Origin: Lama glama
Lineage: Eukaryota
DNA length: 64,000 bases
Assembly (NCBI GenBank): GCA_028534125.1
Contig: CM052816.1
Coordinates: 9,426,001-9,490,000 of the forward strand
Direction of reading: 5' to 3'
Both the position numbers and the translations under genes were made by a program. The stretch's first letter is position 1. Each line of letters opens with the position of its first letter. Positions 25,089 to 40,050 of the stretch are shown one piece after another. The notes below the pieces were generated by a model. That model worked only from the letters and a program-made list of their open reading frames with translations. It was not told the origin of the DNA and did not search any database.

Positions 25089-26772
25089 GTTTTCTGTTTG
25101 TTATTTTTTGCTCTTCCTAGAAACATGGCTTATTTATATGTTCTGCATTAGGACACTAGCTAGCGAAAAGAGGTAACTGTATTGTTATGATTAAAATAGT
25201 ACATTGCCTAAAATGGTCAATCATCTTGTTTCCTATGAGGATTTTCAGGGTTTTTTTTCTTAAACCCCTTTTGAGGGTGGGTAATCATATCCTTTTAAGA
25301 ATCTAGTAAACGCTTGAGAATCATCTGCCTAGGGAAAAAAAAAAAAGATGTGCACGTGCATCATCTCACTTTGGGAATGATGTTAGGTAGAGGATGACAA
25401 AGGGTGGAACCCCATCACTTCAGTAGTTAGGGCTTTGTACTTATGTATTTCAAATAGAAAGTTATTCCAGACTCAAAATGTAAAAAAGATAGAGCTGCTT
25501 TGCTTGAGGTCTGGGAAAGGGATTGAGTCCTGTAGACGGAGCCTTGCTCTCACCTGCCACAGACTCGGAAATGCCCATGGGAGCCCATTTTAATCTTAGA
25601 GGCTTTAAAGTATAAAACTGAAAAACACAGAGAGGTCTACATCCTTTCCAGCTCTGGTGGCCTGCCAGTCTCTTCCTGGCTGCCAGACATATATGTGTGG
25701 TTCACACTGACCAAGGAATCCAAGGGTCCGGGCTGAGTTTCCTGGTTCTGTTATGTAGATAAATAGATTTACAGTTTCTCCTTGGTAAGATTTGATTAGA
25801 AAACCAGCAGATGGAATTATAGAATCTCAGAGCTGGAAGTGAACCCAGAGATCATCTCTTCCCATCCTTTTTGATTACTGAGAAGCAGATGATGAGGCTC
25901 AGAAAGAGAAGGGGACTTGCTTAGGGTAACCTCAAAAGAAACAGACCTCACTCTTCCCCTGTATTCTCTGATTCACCATGTTGTGGGAAAGTGTAGTGAA
26001 AAACATAGGCATTCTGAAAAATGAAACTGCACAGCCAGTTAAGAGTGCTGCCTTGGCGTAGATCAGTGAGTGCTCATCCATTAAAGGGTGTAAGATCTTC
26101 TGAAGGTCTATGCCAGAGGAACTTTGATTAGTTTGAAACTTAACTCCTCTTCAGTTTGGAGTTCTTAGCCTGAAATTCATGGAGGGGCCTCCAGGAATTG
26201 TGGGCTCCCCAGAAAGTGTATATGCGTGTGCACGCACATTTATTGTATTTTTCTGGAAAGAGGGTTCTCAAGAGTTCAGTAGATTCTCAAAGAAATATAT
26301 GATTACCTACCCTCAAAAAGAGTTTAAAAACAAAAAAACCAACCTGAAAATCCTCATAGGAAAAAAGATGGTTGACTATTTTAGGCAGTATACTGTTTTA
26401 ACCACAACAATATAGTTAACCTATTTTCAATAGCTAGTGTCCTAATGCAGAGCATATAAATAAGCTATGTTTCTGGGAAGAGTAAAAAATAGCAAATAGA
26501 TTAAATGTGGAGTAAAAAGAAATACCTGTATGTTTTAATCTCCAGGAGATTAGTCAAATGTAAAGAAACTTTTTGCAACACTCAGCTGTGCCATATCTCA
26601 GCATACCCATAGCTTTTTGCTGTGGTATTGCTTATTAAATACTTTCCCAACACCCTATAAAAGTCCTAATAAGTAGGAAGCAATGATTATTTGGCATTTT
26701 TTCCTTTAACAGGGACTTGTATTTTCCTACATTGCCTTCTTGTCTAACCTCTTTCTTACTCCCCCATTATAG

Positions 26773-26845
26773 GACCCTGTGGGCACTGAGATCCAGTTCA
26801 CTCATGCCTAGTTCCTGTAATGGACGAACTTGATGCTAATGTGAG
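26773..26845 (+). other. HTR4: HTR4 exon 2 (47 nt 5'UTR + 26 nt CDS)
   Basis: Branch point CTAAC (26744-26748), pyrimidine tract, acceptor TAG| at 26770-26772 and donor GAG|GTATGT at 26846. The 47+26 layout agrees with the human exon as I recall it. Confidence 0.93.
26820..26845 (+). CDS. HTR4: 5-hydroxytryptamine receptor 4, first coding segment MDELDANV(S); phase-2 intron follows and the remaining exons lie beyond the window
   Basis: ATG GAC GAA CTT GAT GCT AAT GTG AG| against human N-terminus MDKLDANVS. Strong Kozak context (gtaATGg), in-frame upstream TGA at 26787-26789, canonical splice sites. Confidence 0.93.
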
Positions 26846-28334
26846 GTATGTTACATTTCTGTATATATATTGTGCTATCAATTATGGTCATTTGAACTAC
26901 AAGGCCTGTGAAAAGTCTGTTGTAGTAGAGTTACAAAGCTAGTAGATATGGATTTTCTTCAGCATTTCGTATATAATCATGAGTGTTTAATCGTGATTAT
27001 AATGCTTTAAAATTTCTGTTTAAATGATAAGTATAATACAGTTATAATTGTCTCCAGATGCCCATACTAACAATCTGCATTACGGGAGATGCTGTTAAAT
27101 GCAAATAGATATTCATCTCTGTAATAGGAAAAAAGAAGATGTATTTAAATAGGGTAAAAATAGTGTAAGAATATTTTTCTGTACCTCTAAATTTCAGATA
27201 CACATTTGAATAGCTTTTTATAACAGGTTCTAGTTTGCCGCTTTTCTTATCAACCAGGTCATCGTGACATGATGGTTGTATGGTATAGTTACATAGAGCT
27301 AAGTGGCATTTGTGTTGCTTTGTTTTCCTGTAATTTCCTGCAACCCTTGGAGATCAAATAATAGGATGGCTCCTAGGGAAGATTTTTTTTAGAGGCTTGC
27401 TACATATTATTTGGCACAACCAAATTATATGAAGAAAATTCTATTCAATAAGACTTACATGTTATGAGTTGGCCTTTGATGCTGAGGATTACCTATAGAT
27501 ATCAATAGCTGGAAAACCTCAAAAAATACATTCTTGGTGTAGTCACAGGAGCAGTTTTGTTTTTTTTTTTTCCACTTGAGACCTGTAGGAAAGCACATTT
27601 CAGGAATAGATCAGGGACACTGTGCCTCTGTGTTTGATGTAGGAGAACACTCTGACAAACAGAGCTGTCGAATATCTTGACAGAAACTCTAGTGTAATGT
27701 GACTGGAGTTGCAAAGATGTACTATCACCCCAGCCTAGGGTTTCCTTAAGGGTAGAATGTGTCTCATGAATAATCCCTGGCACATGGTAGGTATGCAACA
27801 CAGAGTTATCGATCAGCCAGTCGTTGTGCTACATGTATCTCAAATCAGTGATGCTTTAGTACACCTGGGTATACACAGAGATGCTGTATTCAGCACTAAA
27901 ATATTCACAATAGAAGCACTGTGAACTTTTTAATTTACCCAACACATTGACTTGGTGCAGAGACTTAGGACTTGTTAACACAGAGTTATAGCCTGTTGCC
28001 ACATGCTTAATTTCCCTCTGAAAGTTTGTGATATTATTTGCACAGAGAAAGCATAGTGAAATCTAGAAAAATCTCCATTTTATTTTTTGTTAATTGAAAG
28101 TGAGCAGTGTCAATGGTGGTAAGTTTATGAAATTATTTTAAGATTCAGACACTGAATCAAACTGGGTCAGTTGGTAAAAAATGCACTTCTTTTCGGATAA
28201 TTCAGATAGTATGATCCCTAACGTTGATAGCTTTTCAACATTTATTTATAGCAGCATTGGATTTGAATAGCAGAATACAATTCAATTAAATGAACATTAG
28301 CTGATCTCCTGGGTGCTGTGGAACCATAGTGTAG

Positions 28335-28834
28335 NNNNNNNNNNNNNNNNNNNNNNNNNNNNNNNNNNNNNNNNNNNNNNNNNNNNNNNNNNNNNNNNNN
28401 NNNNNNNNNNNNNNNNNNNNNNNNNNNNNNNNNNNNNNNNNNNNNNNNNNNNNNNNNNNNNNNNNNNNNNNNNNNNNNNNNNNNNNNNNNNNNNNNNNNN
28501 NNNNNNNNNNNNNNNNNNNNNNNNNNNNNNNNNNNNNNNNNNNNNNNNNNNNNNNNNNNNNNNNNNNNNNNNNNNNNNNNNNNNNNNNNNNNNNNNNNNN
28601 NNNNNNNNNNNNNNNNNNNNNNNNNNNNNNNNNNNNNNNNNNNNNNNNNNNNNNNNNNNNNNNNNNNNNNNNNNNNNNNNNNNNNNNNNNNNNNNNNNNN
28701 NNNNNNNNNNNNNNNNNNNNNNNNNNNNNNNNNNNNNNNNNNNNNNNNNNNNNNNNNNNNNNNNNNNNNNNNNNNNNNNNNNNNNNNNNNNNNNNNNNNN
28801 NNNNNNNNNNNNNNNNNNNNNNNNNNNNNNNNNN
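28335..28834. other. Assembly gap (500 N)
   Basis: Run of 500 N followed by an L1-like 3' end. Confidence 1.
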
Positions 28835-28930
28835 ATGTGTGTAAGTCAGATCATTATGCTGTATACCTTAAACTTACACAGTGCTGTATTTCAATTATAT
28901 GTCAATATCACTAGAAGGAAAAAAGAAAAT
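28835..28930 (+). mobile_element. L1 3' terminus emerging from the gap
   Basis: 'tcattatgctgtataccttaaacttacacagtgctgtatttcaattatatgtcaat' plus an A-rich tail. Confidence 0.7.
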
Positions 28931-29067
28931 ATTACATAATTTTAAAATATTCATTAATAAATTCACAAGAGTACTATACAAGTGAACTAAGGTCCAGAAA
29001 TGCATGTTCTAGGTATAACTAGATAATGTAAAAATTTTTTAACATTTTTAAATGAACGTTTAAAAAA

Positions 29068-30632
<1,565 letters not shown>

Positions 30633-33079
30633 TTTAAAAGAGGTTATTTTTATGTTGCTTTAGAAGTGTAAATGAGATTAATACTCAGCTTTATTGCTTG
30701 ACTGATACAGTGGTGATTATTCAGTTAGCCTTAGATTAGATGAGGAGCACAGTGACTGTGAACTGGTACTTACCCTGTGGTGGAAACCTCTGTGCTTCAT
30801 GGGGTCAAGGGGACCTCAAGGCGAAGGATGATATTTACATTTCTAAGACAGTGGTTTCTTGCAGTGTGTGAAATTTGCTGCTTGTGGCACTAAACCAGCA
30901 ATCCTCTACGTGATGTTACACTATACAGCTTGCAAAGTGCATATACCACAATGATTTCAACTGGCAGCATCACAGTTTGGGAAATTCAATTTTATGGATT
31001 CACGTCTTGGCTTTCCCACTTACTAGCTATATGACTCTAAACTAATTATTTAATCTCTTGGAACCTTAATTTTGGCATCTGAAAATGGGTTTTTTTAATA
31101 AGGATTGTAAGTAATGTAGTAATACTGTTAACATAGTATCTCAGACATATATGTAATGAACAAATAAGTAAATGTTGTCTTTAGTGATCACAATAATTAT
31201 GAGATAGATTTTTATGACCCCTAGGACTGCTAATTAATTTCTGCACCCCATCAGTTTCTTGCTTGCTTAAATTCAGTGCCCATTTAATTGGCTGACATTA
31301 TTAATCAGTGTTAAATTTTTTGACCATCTGTCCCTGAGTGTGCCCATTCTGTGTTGAGGCAACTGAGGCTCCCAGAGGTGATTGAAGACCTTCAGTGTGG
31401 GAGCTGATAAGTGGCATAATTGGGATGAGACCACTGTTACTCTCTAATCTGTTCAGCACTGTTTACTCTGCAGCTTCCATGAACGTGGATCCACTCCTGT
31501 TTGGCAATTGGAGGATCTAGGATTCCGTTCTGTGTCTTTTTGACTCAGTCTTGTGCTCTATTCAGTAAAGCCAGCCCTCCTTTATATACATTGCATCCCG
31601 TGATTGATGATCCTTGTTTAGAGGAAAACCCCTCTGGCTTGTTTCTTTCTGCTTCTGAGTCTATCAATGTCCAGTTGGGAGAATATAGGCTGCTTAATAT
31701 ATTTCAAGCAAAGGGAGGTTTAATGCAGAGAACTGGTCACAGAGCTTCCTGAAAGGGCAGGAAGAAAGGGATGTTAACCAGAGGTCATGAAGCTTCATGG
31801 ATCTGCTGCAAGCCCATCATCTTTGTTGCTTAAGGATCATTTGCTGCTGCTCTTACTGCTAACGGCACCTCTAGATACTGGAGAAAAACGATTCTTGTCC
31901 CCTCTCACAATCCCGTTTCCCATTCTGAGCATCCTCTTTGGAAAACATAAGAAGCTAATGGGCAAGGAAGTGTGGAAAATGTAGTTTTCGGGCTTCCACC
32001 CTCTCCGACTGAGATGAGTGCCATCATCCAAAGCCACGTTTCTAGTAAGAAGTGAAGACAGTGTTTTCACCCAAGTTTGCTTGATGTCAGAGTCTGTTAA
32101 GTTTCACAGTTTACTTGTGCAAAGATTTCTGTGTTGTAGAGTGTCTGTTACTCTACATTTTAAGACTTGGGTTCCCAAACTAAAGGCCTGGCAGGTAATA
32201 CTTGTTTGGCCTCTCTAGGTTTTCAAAAATTGACTCAAGTGCCTATGGGCAGGAAGAGCGTTCTCCAGTTTATTAGAGTGATAATGATTCCTACTGTCTG
32301 CAAAGAAAGCATTACATTACCTTTCACAGCCATAGCATCCAGCTAGTCAGGGAGTTCGATCTGCCTACCACAGCCTTGGAGGCTTTTTATTTTATCACTT
32401 AAATTTTGAACATAGTGGTAAGAATCATCTCCAATTTTATAGGCCATATTATGACATTTAGTACCTGCTCTTTTCTCCCTGGAGATTTGTTTTATTACCA
32501 TTTAGCAAATAGGATTTTGTTGAATTAAAGAACTTTTTTTCAGTTAAGCAATTGGAACAGGTTTCTAAATAAATACCTGTTAAGTGATTACCATTTTATC
32601 AGTCAGATAATGATGTTCAGGCAATGTTCTTATTTGCATTTCTAAAGAACTGTAAGAATAATCTTTTTTTCCATTCTCTTCTGCCCACTCACTTGCTCCT
32701 TAACTTATAATGGCTTTATTAATCTCAGTGCTTGCAAAAGGTTTTATACAAAGTGCTCAGCCTTGAATGTTCAATACTGTCATGCCTTGTGCTTCACAGA
32801 TATAGATGCATATTTTCTGTAAGGCCTCACTATCAACAATGTAACTGACATTTTTAGCCTCACCTTATCTCAAATGTCACCATTGTTCATTATGTGTGAT
32901 TATTGCAATTCAAACCCTTGAAAGTTGAATACAAGAAAAAGTCCATGTGTAGATAATACAGCACTACAAAGTCACTTTTTAGATCTGAAAGAAAGGCAAC
33001 TTCTCAGCATTTGAAAAATAATGGTAAAAGTAAATGAAGAAAACTAGATATAGAAGGCCTAAAAATACAATTGTTCTAC

Positions 33080-33550
33080 ACAGATGAGGGAAAAGTCATG
33101 TCAGATATTTTGGGAGGATGACTCTGTCTGAGTGCAGGCTGAATTACGGTGGATGCCAGGAGTCAGGGGCTCAGAGAGGCTGGACACTGTTATACTTGTC
33201 CAGGGGATGGTGGATGAGGACTGGAACCAAGATTGCAGGAGCAGGGATAAGAGGAAGAAGACACAGACTCTAGAGGAAGTTAGGAGATAGAATTTATGGT
33301 AGAAGGTGACTAACTACATGGGAAAGAGGAGGAGGACATTTAGAAGGTAACTGTGGAGGAGTAGGGTGCCTAGAGAAATAGAGCATTGTTTGGAGCTGGT
33401 GGAGACAGAGAAAATTGTGAGACATTCTGGTGATAAACATCTAATAGAAAGTTGGCTAAACTGATGTGGAGCTCAGTGGGGAGATGTTTGGGGAAAGATT
33501 CTGATCCCATCTACTGCATGATGGAGTGAATGGAATAGAAATTGACCCCA
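33080..33550 (-). mobile_element. Old L2 fragment
   Basis: Purine-rich L2-like 'ggatggtggatgaggactggaaccaag', 'catctaatagaaagttggcta', 'tggagctcagtggggagatg'. Confidence 0.55.
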
Positions 33551-35539
33551 AAAGCTCTAACGATCTGCTAGACAAGGGGAGAATGAACATAGCTTCCCAA
33601 ATAGCAACATCAAAGAGACTGCTTTTATATGAAGCTTCTTCCTTCTTGTTCAGGGATTATTTCACTCTCTAACTTGCAAGTAATAAGGAAGCTTTGCACA
33701 ATTAGGATGTGTGTAAGTTACAACTATGACCCTACTGAATTTCTAAACTCAGAAAGCTTATGGGAGCAAGCAACCTGCTGTATACACCCTTAGGTAATCT
33801 GGAAATACTAAATCATTTCCTTTGTACTTTCGTTTCTAATCAGTGTGATAGTGGGAATTGAGTCTAGTATTTTTCATGGTAAATAAATTACTTATGACTC
33901 ATGAGGGTTATGATGTAAGAAATGCATGATATTTGGAAAATAAATAGTGCATTGATTTAGTATGAGTTTTAGACAGGCTATAATAATTAAGGGTTTCAAC
34001 CATTGTTGTGCTTTAGTAGTGGGCAGGGCAAAATCCCCTCCCTAAAAGGAGATGTTTTGGTGGCTTGTCTTGGGATTGAGCTTAATTTTGTCATTGCATC
34101 ACTGACAGAGATTTGAAAACAAATTGAGTTGCCCCAGAGAATTCTAAGAATCAGGAAAATTGTGCCCGATTTCTGTTTGTAACTATAAACATGTTATTTT
34201 CTATGATTGTGTTACTGATGGGCTCACATTACCGTGTTTGACACTTCTAATTGATGGTAAGAAGTAGCAGCTAGCCAGTCTTCTAGCATGTTGAGAGATT
34301 TTATAGGCCTCCCAGGTCAGTTCTCTGGGCAATCAGCCTGAGGTCAGGGTTATGACTTTCTACACTAGTGAAAGAGGGAGTGGCTGTGGGTAAAGATCAG
34401 CTTTGGAATTCGGAAAGCATTTGTGGGAACAAAAACAGAAGAGAAAAAGGTTCAACCCACTTTAGGAAAAAACTTTACTTCTAAGAACCTCACTTTAATT
34501 GTTTGCAGGAACATTGGGGCTGCTAATTAAAAGCAGGGAGGTTGAAAGGTATTTAAAATATCTCATCTAGTCAAAAAACCCTAAGTGGTTAGTCATATTT
34601 TTAAAAAAAATTTGTAATTCATATTTGATTAATTGTGACATGCTTCTATCCAATTATGCTGAACTGATGAGGTTTTACTCTGTGAAAAAGAAAAATAACT
34701 AGTAACCTTTTTATACCAGCTTAATTTTAGCACTGTTTTATTTAGAATTATGTAACCTTGACTCTGCAACCCTCTTCTTCCCTTCCTGTCATTTCTGTCG
34801 TTGTCATTAGACCTCACCGTTGCTTTTCTGAGCGATTGTCATCATCATCAAACTCCTTTCTTGACTGTGGCTGTCCTACCTCCAATCCATGTGGCAGATG
34901 ACTGGTCATCTTTCTATAGCTTATGTCTGATTATGCCCATCCCCTGTCTTTTGTCAACTTCCTACTCAAACTTCAAATTCAGACTTAATCTACCACAGAA
35001 CCTCAAGCCTTCCAGACCTCCCCTCTATGCTCCTGGACCTCTGTGTACAAACTGCTGTTATTCATTGATTGGACTTCATGTGGCTGATATTTAGCACACT
35101 ATCTGGCATATTATAGTGTTGGAGGAATTTAACTAACATTGGGAAAGCCTTTATATTTCACTTTATAACTCATTAGGCATAATCTCATCATCACTGAAAG
35201 GCGATCACAGACAGGTTTGCATCCAATAGATATTAACAGCTACCACCTCTACTTCTCCTCCATCCCCTCATACCCTGAATTTCATTTACGGTTATGGAGT
35301 TAGAGGCTATGGGATTTGGAGAGGAAATAGGAAGAAGGGAAGAACACCAGTTCTCTATTTGAAGTTGAAAAGATGTCTCCTGGGGAGGGGGCTGTTTACT
35401 CATTTCATGGCATGAGAACTCTAGTGGCAATGTAGGTGCCCCCTTTATTTTGCATCCTTTACCTGGAATAGGACTCTTTTGCAGTGATGCCACCCCCAAC
35501 ACCATTGTGCTATGTCTAGCTAATAGGTGTTGAGCACTC

Positions 35540-35750
35540 AATAGTGTAGGTGCTATGCTAAACCCTATATAAGTATTGTCTCATTTATTCCATGTAACAA
35601 TTCTATGAAAGAGGTGCTCTCATCATCTGCATTTTATAGGTAGTCACATTGAGCCATAGGAAGATTAATTAACTTTCCCAAGTTCTTACAGCTAATACCT
35701 GCTGGAGCCAAGGATCTAAACCCAGGAGGTCTGACTCCTGAGCTCGGTCT
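35540..35750 (-). mobile_element. MIR SINE
   Basis: 'tgtctcatttattccatgtaacaattctatga', 'ggatctaaacccaggaggtctgactcctgagc'. Confidence 0.75.
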
Positions 35751-38299
35751 CCTGATTCCTGTACGGCAGCTGCCTCGGTACCACTGTGCCACGGTAGTGC
35801 ATTACTGATGCCAGTGTTATTACACCGAGTCCTAAGACCACCGTTACTCATTTACTTCTACAAATTCTACTACTCCAACTATTACTCTTAATTCTATTAT
35901 TTCTACTGTTTCTACCACAACTATGAGTTCCTAATAGTTCCTTTGTTCCAAATGCTATGCTAAGTGCTTTATCAACAGTGCCTTGTGCCACTGGGGCACA
36001 ATACAGACGGCCAGCTCTGAGAAAGAGAGCCTGTTTCATCTCAGAGAGAGGAGCCCATGTGCCCTGTGATCAGGGCCCTCCAGGGAGATTAAGACCCTTT
36101 CAACAGGCTTTCTGTTTCTTTTTGATGGCCTTGTTCTCCTCATCTCTAATAAGAAATCTGCTGGCTGTGTTACTTTTGTCCTCTTTTTTCCATCCTCAGA
36201 TGAGACTGAGATCAGCTGAGGACCTAGAATGTTAGCATAATTACAGTCCTTCAGAGACCTTAAGAGAGTTGAAGCCTCTCCCACGTATCAGAATTCCCAC
36301 TGCAGCATCCTAGAGCGTAGACACCTGCTTCTGCTTGAAAATTCCAGTCCTCTTTTTAAGTATGTCCAGATGACTGGTTAAACTGGCAATCAATTCAATC
36401 CAGATTATTAGGTATTTCAGTGAAGAAAAGCAATCGTGGTGAGATGGTGTCAAATTATGCAATATTTTAATAGTTAAGTCTGGCAACAGGTTTTATTTTA
36501 TAGACTGTGAAGTTTGTCCTCTGCCCCTTTACTCTTTCATTTTCTGTGCTGCTGTTCAATATCCTGGTTCCTCATTTGTCCAGTTGCTGTCCCCATCTCT
36601 TCCCCCAGAGTAGGCGGGTTCAGCCACTGACTCCGTGCTGGGCTGGTTGGCTTTCCTTGCGACAGCTTCAGATGGCCAGTTCTTTCCTACCTAATTGAAA
36701 GCCACTGGAGAGCAAGAGCCCATTTCCATTTCAGTCCCTGGGTTTCCCAAGCAGATAATTCTGGTTTAAGAATGACTGATGCTTTTTCTGCTCTGTCACC
36801 TTTTCCCAGTCCCTCTGTCTTTTCCTCTCCTCCTCTTCCTCTCCTACATTGTGTCATTGGCATGTCATCTTGCATCCCACTTGCCTTGTCTCCCCTGGTT
36901 CACTTTCTCTCTTGCCTTTCCACTCTGTCCAGCTCTTCTACTCTCATTCACAACCCACAGGTTTCCACTTCTTTTTTTTCTCAACATTTTTATCTCCCTT
37001 AACTGCTACTTAGTTCATTTGCAGACATTTCCCTTTTGTTTTACTCATGGATTTTTAGGAGTAATTTCATACATATTTGAACTGACAGGTGTTCACTGAC
37101 TGTCTACAATGTGTATGGTGGTTTGTAGTTGAAAGGAAGTAAGAGATAACAGTTCTGGCTAGTGATAAGATCTCATATTAATAGTTTATTTACATGGTAT
37201 TTCAAAGCTCACAATGTGTTTTTACATCCATTGTTATCTAATTCTCACATCCAGCAAAATAAGGCAAGTGTTATTAAGCAAACTTAGATAAAGGAAATGA
37301 AAATTTGAGAGACTATTAAAGATTCTTTTGTGCTTAAATTCACACCAATGGCATATGACAGAACCAAGATTAGAATCCAGATGTTTTGATTTTTAGTCTA
37401 TTATGGGTTTTTTTTTTTTTGTTTTTACTGTACTTGGGACAGTATGTGAACACAGGAGTATCAAAAGTATTATCAGCATGGTAACAGTGATGTTGTAAAA
37501 TACCAAAATGTAAGTAGAGAGGCATGATGTAAAACCTAGGTGCTTGTCCTAGGCTGGGATATTTGGAAAGGCTAACTTAAGTTTGGTGAGAAGTGGCTGA
37601 GCTCTAAAGATAAATTTATCCATAAGGATAGATTTGGTTATGGGGAAACATAATAGGTACATGAAGGAAAGATTAGTCCATAAAGATGATAAAAGAAGAG
37701 CTGGCATCAGCAAATCCAGCAAATGGTAATAATTTATATGACAGCAATGGGCATTGAAATTTGATCATTTTAAACCTTATAGATTGTTGTCTTTAGGGAA
37801 GTTTCACAAAATGTACCAGGGATCCATCTACAATTCCTAGAGCAGGAAGAATGGTCAGGTAGACCTGCCTCTAATGCTGAGGTGACTGGGATTTGGGGAA
37901 ATTATTACAAGAGACAGTCAGAAACATAGGGATGCATTTGGATACCAGTCAAAGCTGGAATGCAAATTGGCAGCTGGATCTCAGGATCCATACAGAAGCC
38001 AAGAGCCCAGAGCTGGGATATAATCCAAATGAGCAGTAAGGATGACTTGATGTTGAGTATTGTCAGTAACTCAACATGAAGTATTGAAGTGACCTTTGAA
38101 TTCCCTTGATTATGGATGGGCTGGATCCAAGTTCTAATAATGATAATGTGCCCTGCAGACCACTTATTGAAAAGGACAAAATAAAAGGAGAATTCAGAGT
38201 GAGCTTACATCAATAGGAGAGACTTCATGAGAAGCTGCCCTTGAAATATAGGAAAACTATGGATTATCCATGTAGTGGATAAATATTTGAAGAGTGCCA

Positions 38300-38850
38300 T
38301 TAGCAGGATTCTTCCAGTTTCAAGCAAATCTGAAGTAGCTTAAGCAACAATGAAAATTTATTAGCTCACCAAACTGAAAAGTTCAAGAGTGCAACCTGCT
38401 GGACCAGGGCCTCAAACAAGATCCTTGAAATTGTTCTCTCTTTTTACTCTACCATCCTCTTAAGCAGGGCCTTTCTATGTAACAGTTCCTAGAAGTTTCA
38501 GGCTTACATCCTTTCAGCTTCTAATGCAGATAAAACATAGGTCTTCCTTTCTAATAGTTCCAACAAAGGCTCAAAGTCAAGTCCATTGGACCAGTTTGCA
38601 CCCCTGTAACCATCTTTCAGCCATTGTGGTTTGCATTATATTTCTATTGAAATTTCCAGGAGACTTAAATGTGATAATTGGCCAGCCTAGATTCTGTGCT
38701 GTCTTTGAAGATGAGATGGGGGAGAAGAGGCTCAGTCCAAACCACATGGACTGGAGAAAGAGTGAGATGCTTCCCCCAGGGTAATGGAATTCTTTTATCA
38801 AATGAAGAGAGGATGAGTGCTTAACAGCCTGAAAGTACAGATGTTTGATA
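38300..38850. mobile_element. Old MaLR LTR (MLT1-type)
   Basis: 'gtagcttaagcaacaatgaaaatttattagctcac...actgaaaagttcaag', 'aattggccagcctag', 'accacatggactg'. Confidence 0.6.
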
Positions 38851-39728
38851 CTGGGGCCAAAATTCTTACTTACAGGAGACTAACTTCATCAGTCAGAGTT
38901 CTTTTAAATTTAGTTGTGAAGGAAATGTTTTGTTCACTGAAGAGTGTACCATTATGCAAAATCATGTATAATTGTATTATTACGTAAAATTATTATGTCA
39001 CCATGGATTGACTAAACAGAGCTTGGATGAGGACTTAGATGCAATTAGCAGATACTGAGAAATGCGTATGCCAGGTGGTAGATTTCAGCGGCACTGACAA
39101 GGCTGTAAGGATCAGGTGGCTCTTAGGATTCAGAGAGAGCGAAAGTCCAGAGAAGACAGCTGAGAGAGTAAGATCCAACTGTGCTGGTTGGTAAATCACA
39201 CTAGAGGCTTTCATTCCAAGGCATAAGCTTGGTTTTCATGCTCAGCCCTGGAACTCTTGATGATTGCTAGAATCACCTCTCAGTGAACTGGTTTCTTGCT
39301 AGGAAATGAAGACATGAAGTTCCAACACTCTTGAATTTCAAAGAATCTCTTCTTATTAACAAGCACTAATGACTCTCCCTCATTCAAACAAATGATTGCA
39401 GTTGACAGTAGAATGTAAATCTCGCTGTAACTAGTGATTCTGCTAATATTCCTTCCCTACTTGTTGGTATTATTTTGACACATACAGATATGGTTGTATA
39501 CATATGTGGTAAGTGGGAATACCTGTGAGGAGGTGGTGGTGACTGTTCTTCTAAGTAAGTGTATATTCCCAAGTGGGTGTGAGTTGTGTGGATGCAGCAG
39601 CTGTTGAGTCTCAATGTAGTCTTCTTTCATTTAGTCCGAAAACAGGCTCTACTTGAGATAAGAAAGTGAGAGCTAAGTCAGTCTTCTCCAGTGTCATAGC
39701 TGGAGAGAGAGGAAGGAACTTTATACAG

Positions 39729-40050
39729 CAGCTCCGTCCAGCTGGAATAGAATGTGGACCACAAATTTTGTGATTTAAAATTTTCTACTGTGTTAAAAAA
39801 TAAGTAAAAAAGAGAAAAGTGAAATTAATTTTAATAATTTATTTTATTTAAGCCAACATATCTAAAATATTCTTTCTACATGTAATCAATATTAAACATT
39901 ATTAGTGGGATCATTCACATTTTGTTTTCATACTTAGTCTTCAAAATCTAATGTGTATTTTTCACTTCCAGAACATCTGAATTCGGACCCTGCCACATTT
40001 CAAATGTTCAGTAACTGTGTGTGGCTAGTTGCGACCATAATGGACAATGT
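39729..40050 (+). mobile_element. MER33-like hAT-Charlie MITE
   Basis: 'gtgaaattaattttaataat', 'tacatgtaatcaatat', 'gccacatttcaaatgttcagta...gtggctagttgcgaccataatggaca'. Confidence 0.85.

Noticed and set aside
28313..28939. 208-aa ORF (and the 98-aa ORF at 6343-6639)
   Set aside because: Artefacts of translating through N gaps.
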